Notes under the pieces: model-generated
What the model was told of the DNA's origin: nothing
What the model saw: the letters and a program-made list of their open reading frames with translations, nothing else
The model's database searches: none
Shown: positions 50,635 through 60,899 of the stretch, one piece after another
Layout of the letters: each line of letters begins with the position of its first letter
How positions within the stretch are numbered: the stretch's first letter is position 1
Translations under genes and position numbers: made by a program
Assembly: GCA_900088475.1 (NCBI GenBank)
Contig: FLMG01000350.1
Location: forward strand, 186,001-250,000
Direction: 5' to 3'
DNA from: Hyphochytrium catenoides
Taxonomy: Eukaryota > Protista > Hyphochytriomycota
DNA length: 64,000 bases

Positions 50635-52920
50635 TTAGAGCTTGGAGTTGACGTTCATCCTCGCCTCGAAAGTCTCGATGCGCTCCCTCAAGCTCTCCGA
50701 ATTGTCATCTCCCGAGCTCACAGAGTCACGTTCTAGCTCATTCGCTTCAGAGCAGTACAAGTCCAAAAGGAATGAGACCGCGGCGTCGCCCAACGCGAAC
50801 GTTCTCGGTGATGGGACGCAGGCAAAGACATGATGGGTCCCTACAGAACGTGTCGCCTTAGTTTCATGTGCAATGCCACTGCAATGTAAAAGCAACCAGG
50901 CATCTTCTCTGGCGCGATTGCAAGCCAAACCCACGATCTGGCTAGGTTTCGTCCCAAAAGCCAACCTTGAGTTGAAGCATTGTCCCTTTAAACACTCTCT
51001 GTGTATCTCTGAGCTTGCCCATTGCCATATCGGGTTATTTTCCACCTCTTGAGTCCTTATCCTTTGCCCGTGGTTGTTGGCTGCACGGTTACCTCTGCTG
51101 CTATCTACGCGGGAATGCGCTTACCGGGTATCTCGATGTATACGTCCTTGACATGTATTTGTCCTGCCTCTTGCCGGGCTACCTTCAGTTGATAATGAAA
51201 CTCTCGAGAATCCTCCACGGGGACCAATGTGTCAAGAGCGCCGTGAACTGTCATAATAGGAGGAATTTTCTTTCGCTTGACCTCGGAGATTAAGGCAATT
51301 GGAGAGGCTGCATCAAACTCTTCCTTAGCACTGGAGAGTCGTTGTTGGATCACAAAGCGCTGGATAAACCTGAATGACCGACAGGAGGTAACAGGATTAG
51401 CGAGTAGCGAAAAGCAGGCTTCGTACAGATAAACAAAAGGTAGCGCTTGTGTTGGAAGCCTCAAGGTTGTTATCTGCCTCTTACTTGACGAAACCGTCAT
51501 TTAAACGCGAGGAATGGAAGCCATTCCTGTCTGCTAGATCGTGGACTCCGAATAGATCAATGCAGCCCTTGATCGTGGTGTCCACGTCCTCAAAGCCAGG
51601 CTAGGCAGATAGGAGAGGCGGTTGATAGATTAGAACGTGAGGAAATGACACAAAGATGGCAGTGGCAGACTGAAAGGTCTCGGAAACGCTGCACTAAGTA
51701 GACGGCGCCCAACCTGATATATAGGGTTGTTAGCGCTGAAGGCCATCATGAGCGCCAAGTGGCCACCTGCTGACTCTCCTCCAGTCACGATAAAGTTAGG
51801 GTTCGCTGCAGATGAAGCAGGAGGGTCAGAATCATATTTGACACACTGAAGGGTCAGGAATGAAGGTATGCACTTTCATCTGAGGGAATTGGCTAGGCCA
51901 TTACCTTGAAGCAGGGATTTGCCGTGTTGCCTAATGAAGGCGACAGCTCTCTTGCAATCAATCAACTGCGCGGGGTAACTAGAACGCGGTGCCAGACGAT
52001 AGTCAATGGCGCACACTACCCAGCCCGCCCTTGCCACTTCGTAGAGGAAAGGGATCATGGCAAAACTGCGAGTGCCCACGACCCATCCTCCTCCTATAAG
52101 TAATGGAGTAAGCATCAGCTTCAATGTAGGCATAACTAGCATTATCCCTGACAGAAGCACTAGCAACGCCCGCTATGCGAGGGGATAGAGTAACCCGGAA
52201 CAGACAGATGAAGTTGTCCTTCGAGGCTCAGAAGAGGTATTAGATGACAAGACACAAGGGATGTAGGTACCGAAGAAGAGAACGTATCCGCACCGTGAAT
52301 ATAGAGCAAGACTGGGGCGTTCCGAGGGCAGTGTTTGGATTTGTACACATCCATCTTCAGTTGCACCTTTCCTACTGTGGCAAAGACCACACCTCGTCTA
52401 ACAGTAACATCCTTCGACATTAGAGGATATAGCGGAACGAGACAGAGGAAGAGGCGGTAAAGGGAGAGAGAGCCAAGGTTGGCCAATGGCTGGATTCCCG
52501 TCTGTGCCAGAGTGTCGCGGAAATACATCCTTGCTTGGAAGCTGTGGGTGAGGATATTCCAATATCTCGATGTAGATCTCACGGACAGCAAGAGCGCTAA
52601 GAGCCCAGGGATGCTGCCAATCGTGCTGGGATACTTTCGCAAGTAATGACCCAAAGCCAGTATATTGGCCAGGAGAAAGTAGTGGGACATCTCCGAGGGG
52701 ATAAGCGATAACCACATGTCTACGAAGGTCTAAAAATAGGCAAGATAACGACGGTAGGGTGAGAATGGGCACAGGCGAGCGGGCATGGCCGGCACACCTG
52801 TTTATGGGGGAGCCTGTGGCGAGCCAGCCAAGAAAGCTTCGTCATGGCGATCGTAAGAGCCAGAAAAATCCATGCCGGAGCCTTCTGGCCTAGCCTTCGA
52901 GTTATCATTGTTACCGGCAT
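50635..52920 (-). CDS. HSL-family esterase/lipase with N-terminal hydrophobic segments and a PTS1 signal
   Basis: Spliced HG|GGW oxyanion motif, DYRLAP, GESAGGHL nucleophile, HGALDTLVP and GTHHVF. The protein ends in SKL*. Confidence 0.88.
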
Positions 52921-53231
52921 CTTGAAGTTTCCCCCAAAAGCAGCAGCACTAGCAACTAATATTTGGAGGCCGGGAGGCTTGCTGATCAAATTCAGGAGGT
53001 TCCTACGGCGCCTCAGAGGCCTCCAGAGGTTAGTGAAGGCGAAGATTTTGCAGCGCCGCGCCGTCAGTGCTAAAGTTGAAGAGATCCGCAAGAAGATATT
53101 CGAAGAGAAGAACGCCGGGTTCTACAGAGGAGAAAGGGTAATTGTAAGAGGTGGTGATGATTCTTCCACTGTCATCTTAGGTGGCTGAGAATGAGGAAGG
53201 ATTACTCGGAAACAGGACAATCCTCTCTTGC

Positions 53232-53290
53232 TCTCTCTCTCTCTCTCTCTCNNNNNNNNNNNNNNNNNNNNNNNNNNNNNNNNNNNNNNN
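53232..53290. repeat. (CT)n microsatellite running into an assembly gap
   Basis: CT run followed by Ns. Confidence 0.9.
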
Positions 53291-54321
53291 CCTCACTCCC
53301 GCACCTTCAATCAGAGCAGAAGAGTGACCTCTGCAGCTCAGAAGGGACTAGACTCCGAAACGAGGTCCCTACCCTGAGGCCGCCCCCTTAGAATCCTAAA
53401 GCTACTCCATTTACCTACACTCATAACGGGGGTAGAGTCCCCCACCCAACCCACCTTCATAACCTGCGAACACGCCCAATTCTTCTTCAACTTGGGGTTG
53501 GAAGCACCAATATTACGAATTAGCATGCGTTATGTGGCTTCTGTAAGGAATACGTTATGCTTGGCTGTCCTTATCCTTCATCTGAAGACTTTTGCTGTTG
53601 GGGCTACACCGTACCAGCGGCTCTGTCTGTGAAGAGCTTGTGTCCCTCTATGGTCCGTGATGTCCAAACACCCTTGCATTGACCCTCGAGAGAGGTTGGT
53701 GGGGACAGGTGCTGGTTCCGCAGTCCAATGGACATTGCAGATTGTTTCTACAACTGCAACTGAAGAGGTTTCAAGAGCTGACCTGGCTTCTGTTTGGTCG
53801 TTCTTCTGGCCGGGATGGTGGTGCGGGTGAGTAGTTCTAGTAGTTCCAATGGCAAGCAGATCTCTTCTTCACTTGAAGATGGATGGAGTTGATCCCACTG
53901 CTGCTTTGGTGGTTGTTGGCTGGGATGCTGGATGTCCAGCAGAAATAGTCAAATAGTGCATGACATTCGTCCGTCCCTTAGATTAAGATGGTTAGCGAGG
54001 AATGGCTGGAACAGATTGGCCTCAGGATCTTATTTGTGGCAAAATTAATGCTTTTACTACGTGTTGACTCACCTAGACCAAAGGAGTCGAATACTGCTGG
54101 AGCAGATAACTCTAAGTAACTCCACTTCACCTGTGTTCAACTATTTATCAGAGAGCTAAGGTAGGGGTCATGGAAGAGGGATGGGACAATGATTTGTTAT
54201 AGTGTGGATTGCCCACAGCTGGTATGTTACGAAAAATATGGATGAACTGAGCTAAGTTATGACTGAGAATGTGATGGTGGTTATCACAACCTAACAGCAG
54301 TGATGATGGCCACTTCAAAGT

Positions 54322-55527
54322 CTAAGAGTGCTTTGCCATATCCTCCTCATTGAGGGTCTTACGTAGCGACTCCACCTGAGCAACGTGCGCATCGACTAGG
54401 GGGTCCATAATTGCGAACCAGAGTGGAGGCACAAGCGCCAGAAGAGACATTCCTGCATAGCCAGTGGGAAGATTGGGAGACTCATCAAAAGACCGCAGAA
54501 TTTGGTATCGCCGGTAAGGATACGCATGATGATCGGAGTGCCGCTGGAGTTTAAAGAGGAAGTAGTTCGTGATGCGCATATTGGCGTTCCAGGAATGGAT
54601 GGGACGGACCCGCTCCCATTGTCCGTTGGCAAGCTTGATCCTCTCAAGCCCATAGTGCTCCACGTAGTTAATAACCTCTAGAAGTGAAAAGCCGATGAAG
54701 CTCTGGGCAAAGAAGAAGAGTCCAGCGGCTGGACCAAACGCTACGACGAGAGCAAGAGCAATGACAATAGGACCCACAGTGTACCCAATCATGGCATTAT
54801 GATAGGGATGATAAGCAGACTTTCCGAGCTTCGCAAGACGCTTGAACTCGATGTTCCAGGCACTCATGTAGGAGCCAACCACCGATTGCTTCCAGAAGTT
54901 GTAGAAAGACTGGCCCTTTCGTGCAGTAGCTGGGTCATTGGGAGTCGCCACGTTCCAATGATGACCATGCACATGCTCAATTTGGAAGTGTGCGTATGAG
55001 GTGAACAGTAGCGTCAGCTTTGCTAAGAAAGGCTCCAAAGTGGTGCGCTTGTGCCCAAGTTCATGGGCGACATTGATGGCCAGACCAGAGCAGATCCCGA
55101 CACCTAGAAAAAGCCCAATTACCTCGGAAATAGTCATGGGAACTGTAGCCGCGTAGTAGCATCCGCCAAGGACGCAGGTGATATATGCAAGGGGCCATAG
55201 GCACGTTGCCACCTGATACCGCACCTGCTTCTCCAGCACCTTTGCCTGGTTGGGAGTCGGATTGAGCTCGAGGTGAGGGACGATAAAATCCAGGAGCGGA
55301 ATGACCCCAAACGTCACGACGAGGGTTGAATAGTGCCATACTCCGCCTTCTACCATGCCCAGTGCAACAAAGCACGGAATAGTGTACACAAGGAGATAGG
55401 GGAGAAGGCTGAAATCATCCACACTTTTGGCATAGTTAGAGACAGTTGAAAACGGGGCCACGTAGGCTTTCTTCACAGCATCCTGCTGGGTCGTGGATGT
55501 TGCTATCGCCGTCGCCATCAGAACCAT
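54322..55527 (-). CDS. alkB: Alkane 1-monooxygenase (membrane di-iron AlkB family), intronless
   Basis: All four family motifs are intact: HELGHK, EHVHGHH, NYVEHYG and LQRHSDHHA. Also VATPNDPATARKG, SWNA and PNLPTGY, with about 6 TM segments. Confidence 0.93.
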   Translation of the reverse strand: MVLMATAIATSTTQQDAVKKAYVAPFSTVSNYAKSVDDFSLLPYLLVYTIPCFVALGMVEGGVWHYSTLVVTFGVIPLLDFIVPHLELNPTPNQAKVLEKQVRYQVATCLWPLAYITCVLGGCYYAATVPMTISEVIGLFLGVGICSGLAINVAHELGHKRTTLEPFLAKLTLLFTSYAHFQIEHVHGHHWNVATPNDPATARKGQSFYNFWKQSVVGSYMSAWNIEFKRLAKLGKSAYHPYHNAMIGYTVGPIVIALALVVAFGPAAGLFFFAQSFIGFSLLEVINYVEHYGLERIKLANGQWERVRPIHSWNANMRITNYFLFKLQRHSDHHAYPYRRYQILRSFDESPNLPTGYAGMSLLALVPPLWFAIMDPLVDAHVAQVESLRKTLNEEDMAKHS

Positions 55528-56897
55528 ACGCTCACCAGGCTTCAGGGCCTGTGGATGGATGTCTTATCGTGAGCGTGGTAAGTCTCGTTCTGCGGGGAAA
55601 GCGTAGTTGTAGCAACACCCTTAGGAGCTGTCAAATTGCCGTGCGGCATAGTAGAACTTTGGGGTGATTTTCCATGCTAACGAACCTCTTCCCAGCCTCT
55701 GTTTCTCACTCTCTTCTCTGTCTCCTTCTTCTACTCTCGAGCGTGAACTTGGCACTGGTAGTGCCGCCTCATCAGTAGAAAGAATAACAACTCCTCTTTG
55801 TATCTACTCCTTTGTTACGAGGACCTGCTGGGGCGGACCTCGACTTTTTCTCTCAATGCGCAGAATCCCCTTACCATGGACTCTCCCTTGCAATGTTAGC
55901 GCTTCAGATAAAGAGACGGACCAAGTAGAACATCCTTCCTGACATCACCAATCCGCGACTCTCAAACAGGCAAGTAGTCCCCCATCGCGATGGGCTACAT
56001 GCTCTAGAACTCTCGATGGCTAAAGTCTTACGACCACTGTCGCAATACGGCCAAGAGAATACCTTGTCATGGGCCAAACAAGCCATGTTATTTGGGATGC
56101 ATTGGGCAGGGATAGAGTCCTGTAGTCAATAATAAAAAGATCCTTCTTATCTTTCTAGAAATAAGGTCTCTGGCCTGTGATTGGCTGGTGAGGGCAAGTT
56201 GCCTGTGACTAGTGTCAAGCTTGCCGCTTCCTGATTGGCCAAAGGACAAACAACAAATAATACGCCGAGACGAGCGCCGCTAAACTATCTACTGTGCAGT
56301 TCAGAGGGCACAGTAATAACACAACCTGTGACTGCCAGTGCTCCACAACCTCCTAGTGGTTCTCCCAATCACTAAGCTTGCCTATAGCCTTGCCTATAGT
56401 CGCAGCTTCATCATGATGATCCGCTGCGGGCCATTGAGAGTTGAACAACCGCTCAAAGAGCTCCAGGTGGCGCAATCGACTCTGTCTTCCCCTTTCTTCT
56501 CCTCCTACTTGTAAGTAGAAGTTCCTCTCTCACGAATACCGGCCTGGAACGTTAAACCAGCAGCCTACTTGCCCACCTTCATCTAGCCTTTGTAGTTCTA
56601 GCACATGACCAAAATCGGATGGCATAAAGTCTGATGTCGATCGAACAAAACTTTCATGTTCCAAGAAGCACACTGCTGAAACTCAGCGATGTCAGAGGTG
56701 CTTTCAGGTTCCATAATCTGAAACAAATTGCCCTGCGGTCCGCGCATTCAACCATGGGTCTAGTAAAGATCATGCCCAAGCTCGACGGGCAGTAGAGCTC
56801 CCCACAAGTGTAACAAAGCAAGACCTTTACACTGATTCATTGATTCATTGAAGAGACAGTCACCGTTCACACGTATCAGTCTTAGACTAGAAAAATG

Positions 56898-58973
56898 CTA
56901 GTTTTGCCAGTTTAGGCTTCGCTCAACAGCGTCGTTCCATCTTTGATAGAGATGATCTCTTTCGGTAGAACTCATGAGTGGCTTGAATTCTCTGTCCTTT
57001 CTCCAGTTTTCCCGGAGCTGTACTCCATCTTTCCAGAAACCTACAGCCAGACCCGCTGCGTAGGCTGCTCCGAGCGCTGTAGTCTCCGCCACTTTCGGTC
57101 TGACGACGTTGACTCCAAGAATGTCCGCCTGAAATTGCATACACAAGGAGTTCGCTGTCATGCCACCGTCTACTTTCAGTGTGGTAAGTGCGACACCACT
57201 GTCTTCCTTCATCGCGTCTACTACCTCCCTCGCCTGATAGCACACAGCTTCAAGAGCTGCTCGACAAATATGGTTCTTGTTGGTGTAGGCTGTCATCCCC
57301 ACTAAGCATCCACGAGCATCCTGGCGCCAACGAGGAGCGAAGAGCCCAGCGAATGCGGGCACAAAGTACACTCCCCCATTATCTTTCACCGTCCTAGCAA
57401 ACGCTTCCACCTGCGCGGCATTTGAGATGAGACCGAGGTTGTCGCGGAGCCACTGAATGAGAGAACCCGCCACAGCAATTGAGCCTTCAAGTGCGTATAC
57501 ACAAGGCAGATTTCCAATCTTGTACCCCACTATAGAGAAAAACAAGCCAAAGCAGTCATTTGTTAGGAGGTGAGGACTTAGCATGGCTGTCAAGCCAACA
57601 GGATTAATTTGTCACTCACCGGTGGTCAAGAGCCCATGCTTGCTGGGGACTATCGATGTCCCTGTGTTCAATATAAAGAAGCATCCAGTCCCGTAAGTAT
57701 TCTTTCCCTCACCAGGAGTTAGGCACGTCTGCCCAAATAATGCCGCTTGCTGGTCACCAAGTATGCCAGAGATCTTGACCCCCAGCAGCCCAGAGTCTGG
57801 GCTGCCAAGGCCATAGATCTCGGATGAAGACAGAATCTTTGGTAGCATTTGTCGTGGGACCTTAAAGTTCTCCAGAAGCTCCGTGCACCAATCTAGAGTC
57901 TTCAAGTCCATTAATAAGGTACGGGAAGCGTTAGAGACATCTGTGGCATGGACACCGCCGTTTGGCCCGCCGGTGAGGTTCCATAAGAGCCACGAGTCGA
58001 TTGTCCCAAAAAGGGCATGACCAGCCTCAGCAAGCTCCCGCAAGCCTTCAACGTTCTCCAGCAGCCATTTTAGCTTAAGTCCAGAGAAATAGACCGAAAG
58101 TGGCAAGCCAGTGACTGCATAAATATCGCGTTGAGTCAGACAACTGCTCTACATATGGGCTGACGAGAACAACCAAGAAGCTAACTTACTTGACCGGAAT
58201 CTGCCAGCATCGTTACCAGGAAAGTGTGGACCCTCCCCCTCGCAGAACCTCTTGACGAGATCAGATGTACGGGTATCATGCCACACAATGGCATTGTGAA
58301 GCGGCTGGCCGGTACGCTTATCCCAGACGACGGTTGTTTCTCTCTGATTGGTGATCCCACAAGCGGCCAGTCTATTGATAAAGGCAGCGAGGAAAGTATA
58401 TTATGTCATGGACACGAGTTGGCAACGCCTAGCGCAGCCAGCTAGAACCTACCTATCGGCTGAAATGCCTATGTGAGCCAGCGCCTCCACGATACAGGTT
58501 CTGGTATTGGCAAGGATCTCAAGGGGATCATGCTCACACCAGCCTGCCTGAGGGTAGATCTGGCCATGCTCCAACTGATGAGAGGAGCAGATCTCGCCTG
58601 CGTGATTGAAGACAATGAACCTTGTACTTGTGGTGCCTTGGTCTATAGCTCCCACATAGAATTGATCGTGCGCTTCAGTAGAAACCTTGCCGTTTTCTGT
58701 GGAATGCCTCGGTGCCGTCGTTTGAAGGATAAAGTCGGTCATGATGTTCCGTTTCCCAGAGAAAACTTGATATTGAAGTCGCGAGACTGGAGCACTATTG
58801 CGCAAAGAGCCTGTCTTTGATGAGAGTTTTCTTTCGCAGGCCCCGGGGAGTTTAGAACTGAGATGTATCCTCCTCTGTGGCAACGCGCCAACAACAGCCA
58901 CTCGCTGAAATCTTATTGTGGCTCCACTATTGACTGTCCTGCTACAAGTCCAAGTCCGAACAAGGTAATGCAT
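56898..58973 (-). CDS. glpK: Glycerol kinase, 4 exons, with an N-terminal extension
   Basis: [67 protein letters not shown] and ETTALGAA motifs. Confidence 0.96.
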
Positions 58974-60899
58974 CAGCTAAGGCCGAAGACTCCTAATAAT
59001 GCCGTTATGGGCTAATGGTAAGGTGGTTGACAACTAACCTGTCCGCATATGAATAGCACTTCAAACACAGTCAGCGATTGCCTTCAGACACAGGCTAACG
59101 ATCATCCAACTTCCCTCCTCCTTGTCATCAGAATCTCTCTGTCATCCACGCAGTCTTCATCCCTGCTGCTGTTGGTATTTGCCGATGAAGATGGCGGAGT
59201 TGAAGCTTGGGATCTTCTACAGACAAGTCAACGCTTCAAGCTTTCCCCGCTCGTACACGTACAACGTTCAGGGGCTTGGCTGCGATAGTGAGTGTGGTAC
59301 CGATGTGTGTTTGTTCAGAGCTGGCTTAACCGCCGCTAATTTATTCATCAAACACAGTATGATGGGCTTATGAAGTGGTGCGTTAGCAGACAAGACAGTT
59401 CGTGAGCGTACGGTCACTCTGGACGCAGATTAGGCAATAGCCGGTAACGGTTATATATGGGCAATTCCCAGTCCTAGTGGTTCTGGCTGTACGCCGTGTA
59501 CTGGGAGTTCCTGATAGGGAGACAATCATCTCGTCCAAAAGCAGGCAAAAGACTGACAAACGCTTGTCAACAGAAGAGGCAAGCCTTTCCACATTCTTCT
59601 ACTCCTAGGGGCCTTGTTATCGTACTGCTCATGGACGGGAAAGTAGTAGTAAAAACGTGTGAGTCCTTCGTACCTTTCCTAAGGCTTGTACAGTACTCGG
59701 AGCTGTGTATAATAATCTCATGCCCAAAATACTCAACACCATCGAGCAGCGTCTAATCCTTGACCAAATCTACCTCGAGTTCTTGGAGGAGAAAGGACCA
59801 CCCACCTCTTCTCTCCAGCAACAATGAAGTGGACGTGTACACTGAGAGATAGCAGCACTGGCATAGGAGCATTTGACCTCCTCCCGAACTGCTGCTGTCT
59901 CCCAGCGAGGAAGCACAGCACTTGTATGTCCTGTTGTTCTTCCCAAACCCTCCTCCTTCTCTTTCCATTCCTGGCCCAATACGTACAGGTAGAAGACAGG
60001 GTCATCTCAGGGTTGTGGTGGGCAAAACAAAGCCCATGGTCTCATCAAGACTTCTGCTTCTGAAAGAGGGGGAGCTGCCTGGTTGGTGGGAGGAGAAATA
60101 ACGGCCAAAGATCATCCCCTTCTTCCTTCTCCTGTCTCGTTCTTTGCTTCTTACGAGTACCAAAGAATCTCATCACCACCAGCACCCCATCTCCGTCCGT
60201 TACTTGTACAGCCATCATCAGCCCTTCCCCTGTACTGTAGACTTCCTAGCGTGCTGGGTACCCTTGCTGTGTACGAGTAGCTATAATAGCACAGGAAGTC
60301 TTCTTCCTTCGTTGTCACCAGTCTCACAATCATCGATGCTGGTTCCTTTCCTGTCTCTTCCACTGTGGGTTTAGTGATTTCCAACATCGTAACGCGTGCG
60401 CACGTCAGCCCCCCTTAGCAGCACAGAAATGAGAAGGTACCATTGTAGCATCATGTCGCTAGCCGCTCGACAGCGGCAGTGCGAGTCTTGCTGCTTGCAG
60501 TCTATCTCTCGGGTGGCAAGAGACAGAAGAACCAAAGTGATAGGCAGAAAGCCACCAGCATGGTCAGCGGTTACTTGTTTTACCTCGTCTTACGTTCATA
60601 GGAGCATTTCTAGACATCAATGCGCAACCGTTCACCGGCTTCCACTCAGCGAGGCATCCACTCGGCGAACAAATTACTGCCAGATTATTTCCCTTGAGTC
60701 TCTTCATCTGACTGAGCAAGAGGTGCAAGAGTAAGGAGCAGGGAGACAAGGACGACTGAAGTCGAGGACGAGAATCTAGCCATCATCTTCTGTGGGCCTA
60801 CCCAATGGCACAAGAGACCAACAGGCTCACTCTTATAAAGGTTACGTGCTGAACAGACTTATAAAAAGTTGTGGCCAAACGCTACGTGGTGGCTGCACA

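Noticed and set aside
54322-55527. Reading alkB as the DNA-repair dioxygenase, or as bacterial contamination
   Set aside because: The motifs are those of the membrane di-iron alkane hydroxylase. It is contiguous without a gap with the intron-containing glycerol kinase gene, and no operon context is present.
59000-60800. Cys-rich short ORFs between glycerol kinase and the last gene
   Set aside because: No consistent frame, domain or splice pattern.
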